Source of the DNA: Muribaculaceae bacterium
GTDB lineage: Bacteria > Bacteroidota > Bacteroidia > Bacteroidales > Muribaculaceae
DNA length: 59,662 nucleotides
Direction: 5' to 3'
Assembly: GCA_017557285.1 (NCBI GenBank)
Contig: JAFZAK010000133.1
Location: forward strand, 1 to 59,662
The notes below the pieces were generated by a model, which saw only the letters and a program-made list of their open reading frames with translations, was not told where the DNA came from and searched no databases. Numbering within the stretch: position 1 is the stretch's first letter; every line of letters begins with the position of its first letter. The position numbers were made by a program, and so were the translations under genes. Positions 8,254 through 17,459 of the stretch are shown here, one piece after another.

Positions 8254-9138
8254 ATGCGAAAAATTATTGCTATAGGAGAGTCGGTGCTTGACACCTTGTT
8301 CGATGGTGGGCGGCCCGTCAAGTCGTTTGTAGGCGGTCGCATCGCCTGTGCCGCTGCCTCGTTGGGCAGTCTGGGGCTGCCTTGCCAGATGTTGAGTGAG
8401 TGTACTACCGACGCGGTAGGTGACTTGGTGATGGATTACTTGTCACGCCATGGCGTGGATATCCGCTCGGTGGACCGTTATCCCGACGGCGCTACACCTT
8501 TTTCGGCCATCTTCCCCAAGGGGTCCGGGAAGCAGATTGTGAATTACGGCTGTTATCCCAAGACCCGTTTCGATGTTGTGTGGCCGCGCATCGATGAGGA
8601 TGATGTCGTACTTTTCGGCTCGCTTTATGCCATCGATTTGCCACAGCGCCAACGGCTCTACGACCTGCTTAAATATGCCGTCGAGCGCAAGGCAATCCTT
8701 ATCTATCTGCCTGGTTTCCAGCATGGCATCAGCTACCGCTTGACCAAGGTGATGCCACATCTGCTCGAAAACCTCGAAATCAGCGACATCGTCGTTGCAC
8801 ATGACCAGGACATCCATGACATTTTCCCGGGCGAAACTGGTGATGAGGCCTATCACAACCACATCGAGTTCTATTGCCCCAACTATGTGCACCTGACACG
8901 TTCGCTGAGCATGCTCATGTATGCCAAGAACCTCAATATCGCAGCCGAGAAACCCGCCACCGAAAACCTGTTGGGATGGCAGGCGGGGCTCACCGCCGGA
9001 ATCATTGCCCAACTGTTTAAACGCGAGATAACCCGCGAGGCGTTGCTCACCCTGGACAATGACACTTGGCGCGACATCCTTCTGGAAGCTCGCAGAATGG
9101 CGGAGCAAGCAGCTGCTAGCGAAGAAAACTGCCTGTAA
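8254..9138 (+). CDS. PfkB-family carbohydrate kinase-like protein with a degenerate catalytic motif
   Basis: N-terminal IIAIGESVLD...GG and VVLFGS match Bacteroidetes PfkB; C-terminal GAGD replaced by GWQA. Confidence 0.75.
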   Translation: MRKIIAIGESVLDTLFDGGRPVKSFVGGRIACAAASLGSLGLPCQMLSECTTDAVGDLVMDYLSRHGVDIRSVDRYPDGATPFSAIFPKGSGKQIVNYGCYPKTRFDVVWPRIDEDDVVLFGSLYAIDLPQRQRLYDLLKYAVERKAILIYLPGFQHGISYRLTKVMPHLLENLEISDIVVAHDQDIHDIFPGETGDEAYHNHIEFYCPNYVHLTRSLSMLMYAKNLNIAAEKPATENLLGWQAGLTAGIIAQLFKREITREALLTLDNDTWRDILLEARRMAEQAAASEENCL

Positions 9139-9182
9139 GTGCTTACCCATAAAAGGTCTTAATTCTAAATTCTTAATTATAT

Positions 9183-10181
9183 TTGAAGCCCTTATTGATT
9201 GAGTCGGCATTTCCGACATTGCGCAATGATGTGACCATCGCTGTGGCACAGATTGAGTCCACGGGACAGATGCCGTCGACCGATGGCCTTGACGCACCCC
9301 TGGTGCTCGACATGACCATGAGTTATGTGTTGTTCCTTGTCAAGGATCAGCGCACAACTGCTGCGATGCAAGCCATCGAGTATCTGCTATATGCCGACGA
9401 CAACGACCGCTTGCCGCCACTTTATGCTTCGTGGCTGTGGTTGGCACGCATGACCCTGATGATTGGCGACGGCCAACCCACACTGGCATTGAGCAGTGCC
9501 GAGAGCGCGTTGCAGCAACTCAGCGAGATGGCGGGAAAGAAAAGCGAGGATTTCCTTGCGCAGTTGGCGGGTATCCTCTATAATCTGGCGATGATTCACC
9601 ACACTGCGGGTGACAGCAGCCGTGCCGCCAAAGAACTCACGCATGCCCAGAAACTTTATGAGCGCTTGGCAAAGCGCAACGATGCACGCTTTGCCGCAAT
9701 GTTGCTCTATGCTGTGGATGCCTCGACCGACATCATCCAGTCGCGCACCAAGCAGATGAATGTGTTGGCGCATTACCAGCAATGCACCGAGTTGTACACC
9801 GCCATGCTTGAACAGGGAGGAGATGAGGGCCAGACGCGCAAAGCGCTTATTGCACTGGTTGACTCGCTGAAGAACGAAGGCGACATCATGCTGCAGATGG
9901 GTAACAGTCGCAATGCCGTAAAATACTTCACCAAGGCCCTGCGCTACCAGAAGAAATTGGGCGAGCCATTTGGCTACAAAGACCTGATTCTGTCTATTGG
10001 GCTGGCGAAGTCGCTGATGCGGCTCATCAATCGTCGTGCCGCAGCCGAACAGTTGCTCAATTCGCTGTTGCCTCTGGCGCGTCGCCTCCAGGCCCACAAC
10101 GAAGTCATCGAGATTGAGAACCTTCTGTTGGGCAAGAGCAAGACCAACAACATCATGACCCTCCTCAAAGGAATCTTCTAA
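9183..10181 (+). CDS. TPR/helical-repeat protein
   Basis: TTG start; helical repeats such as LAGILYNLAMIH and AVKYFTKALRY. Confidence 0.6.
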   Translation: MKPLLIESAFPTLRNDVTIAVAQIESTGQMPSTDGLDAPLVLDMTMSYVLFLVKDQRTTAAMQAIEYLLYADDNDRLPPLYASWLWLARMTLMIGDGQPTLALSSAESALQQLSEMAGKKSEDFLAQLAGILYNLAMIHHTAGDSSRAAKELTHAQKLYERLAKRNDARFAAMLLYAVDASTDIIQSRTKQMNVLAHYQQCTELYTAMLEQGGDEGQTRKALIALVDSLKNEGDIMLQMGNSRNAVKYFTKALRYQKKLGEPFGYKDLILSIGLAKSLMRLINRRAAAEQLLNSLLPLARRLQAHNEVIEIENLLLGKSKTNNIMTLLKGIF

Positions 10182-10317
10182 GTTTTTCGGGGTATTTGTC
10201 TATAAAATCGGGGTGAAGGTCTAACTTATTTGGACAATTGCTAATAAGAAAGTATTTTTGCAGCGTGGTTTTCATGCCCATGAGAACCGCGCTAATTTTT
10301 CAGATAATAGCTATCCT

Positions 10318-13281
10318 ATGAAAAAGATATTATTTGCACTCATCGCCATCATGCTTTCGTGTATGGCATCGGCGCGCGACGCAGTGATCAACGGCATCCT
10401 GGTCGATGGCAACGACACGACCGAGCTGATTGAAGCGACCGTTCGCCTGCTCAAGGCGCAAAAGGACAGTGCCTTTGTCAAAGGCACGACGACCGACTTT
10501 AATGGCGTGTTCAACCTCAAGGGCGTTAAGCCTGGGCATTATGTCATCAAGTTCAGCTACATGGGCTATACCGAGGCCTCACGTCGCGTGAGCATCGGCA
10601 ATGACGGTCGTGACGTGAATATGGGCGTTATCAAGCTCATGCCCAATAGCATCATGCTCAAGGAAGCAACTGTGATGGGCGTGAAGACCCCCATCACGGT
10701 CAAGGAGGACACCATTGAATTTAACGCTGACACCTACAAGACGCAAGCCAATGCTGTCGTCGAGGACTTGCTCAAGCGTCTTCCCGGTGTGGAGGTGGGC
10801 AGTGACGGCAAAATCACCGCCAACGGCAAGGAGGTAAAGAAAATCCTCATCGACGGCAAGGAGTTTTTTGCTGATGACCCGACGGTTGCGAGTAAGAACA
10901 TCCCCGCCGACATGGTCAACAAGTTGCAGGTCATTGACCGAAAGAGCGACTTGGCTCGGTTGACGGGCGTGGATGACGGCGAGGACGAGACGGTGATTAA
11001 CCTCACCGTCAAACCAGGTATGGCCAATGGCTGGTTCGGTACCGTCAATGCTGGCTATGGCACTGACAACCGCTATGCGGGCAACGTGATGGCTAACTAC
11101 TTCCACGATGGCAATCAGTTCACCCTGCTCGCTGGTGGCAACAACACCAACAACATGGGGTTCTCCGACGGCGGACAGCAACGATTCCAGCGCTTTGGAG
11201 GCGACCGAGGCATCACTACTAGCCAGAACGTGGGCTTCAACTTCAATGTAGGTTCGAAGGATAGCGAGAAGTTCCGCGTTGGCGGCGACTTGATGTACTC
11301 TCACAGCGACCGCGACACCCGCACCGAGCGCGACCGCCAGTACCTGTTCACCGACAGTACGAGTTACTACCAGGCAGCAACCAATGCTCGCGACAAAGGT
11401 CACAACTTGCGTGGCGACTTCCGCCTGAAGTGGGAGATTGACACATGCAACACCATTGAGTTCCGCCCTAACTTCTCGCTGAACTTTAACAAGAGCACAC
11501 GCTATGAGGGAAGTGGCACTTGGGCTGGCGATGCATCGCGCACTGCGGTGAACACCAGCCAAGGCAGTTCGTTCAACGATGGCAAGAGTTATGAGTTTGG
11601 AGGTTCGTTCGTGTTCAACCACAAATTTGCCTCACATCCTGGCCGCTCGACCAGCATTATGACACGATACAATTATAGTAAGGTGACCGAGGATGGCAAC
11701 ACCTACACCCTCAACCGCTACTATTTGACCGACTCAACCGAGACCATCGACCAGATATATACTAACGACCGCAAGACCAACAGCATCAATGGCCGCTTGT
11801 CATGGACCGAACCACTAGGCAACATCAAGAATGCTCGCTTCCTCGAAGCCTCTTACCGTGCCAACTACCGCTATAGCGAGGCCGACAAGATGGTCTATGA
11901 CATCACGCGCGGTGCAGTATCTGCTGCTCCCGTGACTATGCAGGAAGTGCTCTATAGCCCAGCCCTGCGCAGCAAGATTGCGGGTGACTATGGTGACTAT
12001 GTGCTTACCGACAACCAGTTGATGGCGCAGATTCTTGAAACCGAACTTGGTCCGGAACTGAGTCGTGATTTCAACGAGCGACTGAGTAACTCGTTCCGCA
12101 ATAAGTTCCTCGACCAGTCGTTCCAGCTAGGCTTCCGACAGGTGCGCAAAGAGTATAACCTCAATGTGGGCTTGACGCTCAACTCGGCCATGTCGAGTAG
12201 CCGTGACCTCATCAACTCGGCGCGCGATATCCCCAGTCGTTGGGCATGGAGCCTGGCACCCTATGCGCGCTTCCGCTACAAGTTCAGCAAGACGCGCTCG
12301 TTGAACGCCAACTATCGTATGCGTACTAACCAACCCAGCATCACCCAGTTGCAACCCGTTGCCGACGAGAGCAACCCGCTGAATATTGTGGTTGGTAATC
12401 CCTCGCTGAAGCCTACGTTCACACACAACCTGAACCTGCGGTTCCAAGACTTTGAATCGATGGCGCAGCGCAGCATCATGGCGATGGCAAACCTGAACTT
12501 TGAGCAGAACAGCATCATCTCGACCACTGACTATAATGCCACCACGGGTGGCCGCGTCACCAGCTATGACAATGTCAATGGTGTGTGGAATGTGATGGCG
12601 ATGAACATGTTGAGCTTCCCGTTCAGCGAGAGCAAGGCATGGTATTTCTCGTCGCACCTGTTTACGCGCTACAGCGTCACCAAGGGTTACAACAACGGCG
12701 ACATCAACCGCAGTGGCTCGTTCAACATCAACTATTCGCCGGGATTGGCATTCCGCAATGGGGTGTTTGACCTCGAGATTCGTCCACGCTACAACTTCCA
12801 GACCACTCACAACACCGTGCAGACCAACAACAATCGTGTCGTTCACACCTATGGCGGCATGTTCAACGGTACCTACTCGGCTCCGTTTGGTCTAGTTATT
12901 TCTACCGATTTGAACTACAGTGCCACCAGTGGCTACAGCGCAGGTTACGACACCAAGCAATGGTTGTGGAATGGTTCGATTGCCTACCAGTTCTTGCGCG
13001 ACAAGGCAGCTGCCGTGACGCTCTCGGTTTACGACATACTAGGTCAGCGTAAGAGCATTACTCGTAACATCACGGGTAACTATATCGAGGATGTGGCCTA
13101 CAACTCGCTCACGCGCTATGGTATGATTACGTTCACCTACCGCTTTACCACGTTCAAAAAGGGTGAGCAGCCCAAGGGTCGCGAAGACAATTGGGGACCT
13201 GGCAGAGGCTATGGTCCTCCTCCGGGTGGTGGCCCTGGTGGTCGTGGTGGTGGCTTTGGTGGCGGCCGCAGACCATTCTAA
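10318..13281 (+). CDS. Outer-membrane beta-barrel / TonB-dependent receptor-like protein
   Basis: Signal peptide MKKILFAL at 10318, carboxypeptidase-regulatory-like N-domain, DTIEFNA..LLKRLPGVEV plug, beta-strand-rich body, Gly-rich tail. Confidence 0.88.
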   Translation: MKKILFALIAIMLSCMASARDAVINGILVDGNDTTELIEATVRLLKAQKDSAFVKGTTTDFNGVFNLKGVKPGHYVIKFSYMGYTEASRRVSIGNDGRDVNMGVIKLMPNSIMLKEATVMGVKTPITVKEDTIEFNADTYKTQANAVVEDLLKRLPGVEVGSDGKITANGKEVKKILIDGKEFFADDPTVASKNIPADMVNKLQVIDRKSDLARLTGVDDGEDETVINLTVKPGMANGWFGTVNAGYGTDNRYAGNVMANYFHDGNQFTLLAGGNNTNNMGFSDGGQQRFQRFGGDRGITTSQNVGFNFNVGSKDSEKFRVGGDLMYSHSDRDTRTERDRQYLFTDSTSYYQAATNARDKGHNLRGDFRLKWEIDTCNTIEFRPNFSLNFNKSTRYEGSGTWAGDASRTAVNTSQGSSFNDGKSYEFGGSFVFNHKFASHPGRSTSIMTRYNYSKVTEDGNTYTLNRYYLTDSTETIDQIYTNDRKTNSINGRLSWTEPLGNIKNARFLEASYRANYRYSEADKMVYDITRGAVSAAPVTMQEVLYSPALRSKIAGDYGDYVLTDNQLMAQILETELGPELSRDFNERLSNSFRNKFLDQSFQLGFRQVRKEYNLNVGLTLNSAMSSSRDLINSARDIPSRWAWSLAPYARFRYKFSKTRSLNANYRMRTNQPSITQLQPVADESNPLNIVVGNPSLKPTFTHNLNLRFQDFESMAQRSIMAMANLNFEQNSIISTTDYNATTGGRVTSYDNVNGVWNVMAMNMLSFPFSESKAWYFSSHLFTRYSVTKGYNNGDINRSGSFNINYSPGLAFRNGVFDLEIRPRYNFQTTHNTVQTNNNRVVHTYGGMFNGTYSAPFGLVISTDLNYSATSGYSAGYDTKQWLWNGSIAYQFLRDKAAAVTLSVYDILGQRKSITRNITGNYIEDVAYNSLTRYGMITFTYRFTTFKKGEQPKGREDNWGPGRGYGPPPGGGPGGRGGGFGGGRRPF

Positions 13282-13294
13282 TCAATACACAATG

Positions 13295-13330
13295 CACAAT
13301 GGGCTTCGCTGTTTGGCGAAGCCCATTGTG
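13295..13330. terminator. Bidirectional terminator
   Basis: CACAATGGGCTTCGC...GCGAAGCCCATTGTG between convergent genes. Confidence 0.85.
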
Positions 13331-13337
13331 TTTTGAA

Positions 13338-14312
13338 TCAGTTGTTTCGTTCAATGATGTATTGGAAGATGCTGCGTAGGGCATCAATGTCGGGGCTGGG
13401 CGGGAAGGTATCAAGCAGCGCGTCGGCCTCACGGCGCAGACGCTGCATGGTATCATAAGCATAGTCAATGCCTCCGGCGTATTTGGCAAACTCGACCAGC
13501 TGGTTGATGTCCTGGGCATTAAGCAATTCCTTGTGTGCCAATGTCTGCATCGCCTCGTATTCGGGCAAATCGGTACGCGACAGTGCATAGATGAGGGGCA
13601 AGGTAATTTTCCCTTCGCGCAAGTCGTTGCCAGTAGGCTTGCCCACAGCAGAATCATTATAATAGTCGAAAGTGTCGTCCTTGATTTGGAAAGCCAGGCC
13701 TAGCAATCGTGCATAGTTGCACAAAGCGTCTGACAAGTGTTGTGGCGCATTGTTGACATAAGCGCCCACCGCGACGCAGCACTCAAAAAGCGATGCGGTC
13801 TTCTTGCCGATGATGGTCATATAGGTCGCCTCGTCGATGTCTCGGCTGCGGGCATTGGCAAACTGGTTGATTTCGCCCAGTGAGAGGTCGCCGCCCATCA
13901 TTGCCAAAGCCTCGAGTACGCGGGGATCTTGTGCCTTGACAGCACAACGCAGGGCGCCAGTGACGAAAAAGTCACCCACAAGCACTGCCACATGGTTGCT
14001 CCACACACTGCTGATGGTTTCCACGCCGCGACGTTGCTGTGCCTGGTCGATGACATCGTCATGGATGAGCGAGGCATTGTGCAGCATCTCGATGGCAGCC
14101 CCAGCATGCAACACACGGTCGTTCACACCACCAAAGATGCGGCCGCTCAACAGTGTAAGCATGGGTCGCAACTGTTTGCCCTTGGTAGCGAGGTAGCGCG
14201 CCACAATCGAGTTCATCAACGCAGTGTCGCTGCGCAATGTGTCCTCGATGATGGCGTTGAGCCGTTGTAAGTCGGCTGCCAATGACTGTTTGATGTCGTC
14301 TAGTTTGACCAT
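13338..14312 (-). CDS. Polyprenyl diphosphate synthase (IspB-like)
   Basis: Start MVKLDD; GKQLRP, LIHDDVID..RRG, FQIKDD and GKPTGNDLREGKITLP. Confidence 0.93.
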   Translation of the reverse strand: MVKLDDIKQSLAADLQRLNAIIEDTLRSDTALMNSIVARYLATKGKQLRPMLTLLSGRIFGGVNDRVLHAGAAIEMLHNASLIHDDVIDQAQQRRGVETISSVWSNHVAVLVGDFFVTGALRCAVKAQDPRVLEALAMMGGDLSLGEINQFANARSRDIDEATYMTIIGKKTASLFECCVAVGAYVNNAPQHLSDALCNYARLLGLAFQIKDDTFDYYNDSAVGKPTGNDLREGKITLPLIYALSRTDLPEYEAMQTLAHKELLNAQDINQLVEFAKYAGGIDYAYDTMQRLRREADALLDTFPPSPDIDALRSIFQYIIERNN

Positions 14313-14330
14313 TAGTACTGAAATCGGGCA

Positions 14331-14422
14331 CAAAATTACTGCAAATTGAGCGAAACACAAAAAAGAAAAGCAAAGTTTTTCTTTTTTAGTTCCGAAATGC
14401 TGCGTATTTTATCCAAAATTAC
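14331..14422 (-). repeat. Promoter-bearing dispersed element, copy 1
   Basis: Related to 50205-50360 and 54111-54189; minus strand TTTG-N19-TAATTTTG; bounded by direct repeat CAAAATTAC. Confidence 0.7.
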
Positions 14423-14519
14423 ACAATTATTTGATGACTTGCCGAAAAAAGTCACCAAATATTTCGTAAATTGCTCAAAAAAGTCTAATTTTAGCGTGTT
14501 TTTTGAAACCCGACCCATC

Positions 14520-17378
14520 ATGCAAGCAAAAAAACTGCTCCTTTTGGACGCCTACGCACTCATCTTTCGTGCCTTTTACGCGATGATTCGCAACCCCCGT
14601 CTGACCAGCACGGGCATTGATACCAGTGCCGTGTTCGGCTTTGTCAACATGCTCCAGGACTTGCTCAAGCGGGAGCAGCCATCGCACATCGCTGTGTGCT
14701 TTGACCCGGGCGGCAAGACCTTCCGTCATGAGGCTTTCCCCGAATACAAGGCGAACCGTGACAAGACGCCCGAGGGCATCCTCACCGCAGTGCCCTATAT
14801 CAAGCGCATTCTCGCTGCCTACCGCATACCCGTTATCGTGGTCGACGGCTACGAGGCCGATGACGTCATCGGCACGATGTCGCACCAGGCGCAAGAGCAT
14901 GGTTTCTTCACTTATATGGTCACTGGCGATAAGGACTTCGGGCAGCTGGTGACCGACCAAATTAAAATCAATAACCCTGGGAAGAACGAAATTCTGGGCG
15001 TGGAAGAAGTCAAGGCGAAGTATGGCATCGAATCACCACAACAAGTGATTGACTTGCTGGGACTGATGGGCGATTCAGCCGACAATATCCCAGGATGCCC
15101 CGGCGTAGGCGAGAAAACCGCAATCAAGTTAGTTCAAGAGTTTGGCTCGATTGAGAACTTGCTAGAACACACCGACCAACTCAAGGGCGCACTGAAGACC
15201 AAAATCGAGAACAATGTGGAGCAGATCAAGTTTTCGAAATACCTCGCTACTATCAAGACCGACGTGCCCATTGAGTGGGACGAGGATGCTTTGCGACGTG
15301 AGCCCGCTGACCTAGATGCCCTGGAACAGGTGTTCAGCGAGTTGGAGTTCCGCACTTTCACTGCGCGTCTCATTAATCAGGGCGAGGCAAATATTGGCGT
15401 TCCCGCCACCACGCCCCCCCCAGCCTCTCCTAAAGAGGGGGGAGCTCCAAGTGACAGTAAAATAGACCTTCCACCTATTCAGGAGGGACAGAAAGGAGCT
15501 ACTCAAAAAGAGGGAGTGCAATTGTCGCTGTTTGATGTGCCAGCCATAGACTCTACGCCTCCTCCAACTCCCCCTCTCCCTCTGGAGAGGGGGCTAGGGG
15601 GTGAGGCTGATTGTCAACTTGTATCTGACACCTATGCGGCCGAGGATTTGGTCAAGCGGCTGGTGAAGGAGCCGCAAGTGGGTCTGCACTTGGTGAGTAT
15701 GGGCGAGGAAGCGATGCGTGGCACACTGGTAGGGGTTGCCTTGTGTGCTGATACCGACAACGCCTACTACCTGCCGATGGATGGCATGGGATTCATGCTG
15801 CAGACATTAGAGCCATTGTTCACTGGTCAAGCACGCATCGTCACCAACGACGCTAAACGGCTGATGGTAATGCTCGATGTAGCAGGTGTGAAGATGACCG
15901 CACCCTACTATGACGTTGGCGTGGCGCACTACCTGTTACAGCCCGAACGCACCCACAGCACAGCCGACATCGCAGCCGAACTGTTGCACTACACCGCCAT
16001 GAGCGAACAGGACTTGGTGGGTGCAAAGGGGCGCAAGCAGTTGCCTTTAGACCAAGTGCCTGCCGAACGCATCACGCGCTGGGCAGGTGAGCAGGCCATG
16101 CTTAATTTGGCAATGCAGCTTGAATTGGATAAGCACCTCGCAGACGAAGGTCTGACGCACCTGCTCACCGACATTGAACTGCCGCTGGTTCAGGTACTGG
16201 CACGCATGGAATTGGCAGGTGCGCGCATCGACGTGAAGGCTCTACAGGCTTACTCGTTGTCGCTGCAAGAGCAAATCCACACACTCGAAGAGGAGTGCCA
16301 ACGACTGGCGGGCGTGTCATTCAACACGGCCTCGCCTGCACAAGTGGGACAAGTACTATTTGAAAAACTCCAACTGGACCCCAAGGCAAAGAAGACCAAG
16401 ACGGGACAGTACAGCACCACCGAGGAGATTCTGACAAAGCTTAAGAGCCGACATCCCATTGTAGGAAAAATCCTGGATCTGCGCGGAAAGCGCAAATTGC
16501 TCAGCACCTATGTCGATGCGCTGCCGCAGCTCATCAATCCGCGTACGGGCCGCATCCACACCACCTTTAACCAGACCGTCACAGCCACAGGCCGACTGTC
16601 GAGCACCAATCCCAACCTGCAGAACATCCCCGTTCGCACCGAGGAGGGCCGCGAGATCCGTAGGGCGTTCATCCCCGCTGACGGTAATGTGTTTTTCAGC
16701 GCCGACTACTCACAGATTGAACTGCGCTTGGTGGCGGACTTGAGTGGCGATAAGACCATGCTCGAGGCATTTGCCCACGACCAGGATATCCATGCCATCA
16801 CCGCTGCGCGCATCTATCATGAGCAACTCGAACAGGTGACACCCGAGCAGCGCCGACGAGCCAAGACAGCGAACTTCGGCATCTTGTACGGAATCTCGGC
16901 ATTTGGACTTGCCGAACGGTTGGACATCCCGCGCAGTGAGGCGAAAATGCTGATTGATGGTTATTTCGCCACCTTCCCTGGTGTGCGTGACTATATCGAC
17001 CGCAGCGTGCAGCAAGCGCGTGAGCGCGGTTTTGTCACTACACTCGAGGGGCGCCGCCGCATGTTGCCCGACATCAACTCACGCAATGCAGTGGTGCGCA
17101 GTTTCAGCGAGCGCAACGCGGTGAACGCACCCATCCAGGGCACCGCAGCCGATATCATCAAGCGTGCGATGGTGGCGATTGACCGACGTTTTCGTGACGA
17201 GGGACTGCAGTCGAAGATGATACTGCAAGTACACGACGAGTTGAACTTTGATGTTGTTCCTACAGAGATTGAGCAGGTGCAGCGCATCGTCATTGGCGAG
17301 ATGGAGGCCGCCTACAAGGGTCGTGTCCACCTCACCGCCAGCCATGCCGCCGCCGACAACTGGCTCGACGCGCACTGA
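14520..17378 (+). CDS. polA: DNA polymerase I
   Basis: Start MQAKKLLLLDAYALIFRAFYA; EADDVIG, GDSADNIPG, TGRLSS.NPNLQNIP, ADYSQIELR and LQVHDEL. Confidence 0.97.
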   Translation: MQAKKLLLLDAYALIFRAFYAMIRNPRLTSTGIDTSAVFGFVNMLQDLLKREQPSHIAVCFDPGGKTFRHEAFPEYKANRDKTPEGILTAVPYIKRILAAYRIPVIVVDGYEADDVIGTMSHQAQEHGFFTYMVTGDKDFGQLVTDQIKINNPGKNEILGVEEVKAKYGIESPQQVIDLLGLMGDSADNIPGCPGVGEKTAIKLVQEFGSIENLLEHTDQLKGALKTKIENNVEQIKFSKYLATIKTDVPIEWDEDALRREPADLDALEQVFSELEFRTFTARLINQGEANIGVPATTPPPASPKEGGAPSDSKIDLPPIQEGQKGATQKEGVQLSLFDVPAIDSTPPPTPPLPLERGLGGEADCQLVSDTYAAEDLVKRLVKEPQVGLHLVSMGEEAMRGTLVGVALCADTDNAYYLPMDGMGFMLQTLEPLFTGQARIVTNDAKRLMVMLDVAGVKMTAPYYDVGVAHYLLQPERTHSTADIAAELLHYTAMSEQDLVGAKGRKQLPLDQVPAERITRWAGEQAMLNLAMQLELDKHLADEGLTHLLTDIELPLVQVLARMELAGARIDVKALQAYSLSLQEQIHTLEEECQRLAGVSFNTASPAQVGQVLFEKLQLDPKAKKTKTGQYSTTEEILTKLKSRHPIVGKILDLRGKRKLLSTYVDALPQLINPRTGRIHTTFNQTVTATGRLSSTNPNLQNIPVRTEEGREIRRAFIPADGNVFFSADYSQIELRLVADLSGDKTMLEAFAHDQDIHAITAARIYHEQLEQVTPEQRRRAKTANFGILYGISAFGLAERLDIPRSEAKMLIDGYFATFPGVRDYIDRSVQQARERGFVTTLEGRRRMLPDINSRNAVVRSFSERNAVNAPIQGTAADIIKRAMVAIDRRFRDEGLQSKMILQVHDELNFDVVPTEIEQVQRIVIGEMEAAYKGRVHLTASHAAADNWLDAH
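15410..15607. repeat. Three palindromic-repeat copies inside the polA inter-domain linker
   Basis: Best copy CTCCCCCTCTCCCTCTGGAGAGGGGGCTAGGGGGTGAGGC (15568-15607) is nearly identical to 46068-46104. Confidence 0.8.
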
Positions 17379-17399
17379 TGTAGGGGGCTTGCAAAACAC

Positions 17400-17443
17400 A
17401 ACGGGCGAAATCTAGCCAAAATAGCAGATTTCGCCCGTTTTTA
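17400..17443. terminator. Bidirectional terminator polA/serS
   Basis: AACGGGCGAAATCT...AGATTTCGCCCGTT plus a T run. Confidence 0.85.
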
Positions 17444-17459
17444 TTCAGGTATACTAATT

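Noticed and set aside
10579-11622. 347-aa minus-strand ORF and similar long antisense ORFs elsewhere
   Set aside because: Shadow frames of GC3-biased genes
13190-13278. GGT/GGC-rich repeat at the end of the beta-barrel gene
   Set aside because: Encodes the Gly/Pro-rich tail commonly seen in this protein family
14346-14519. 58-aa N-terminal extension of PolA
   Set aside because: Overlaps the divergent promoter region; the conserved PolA start is at 14520
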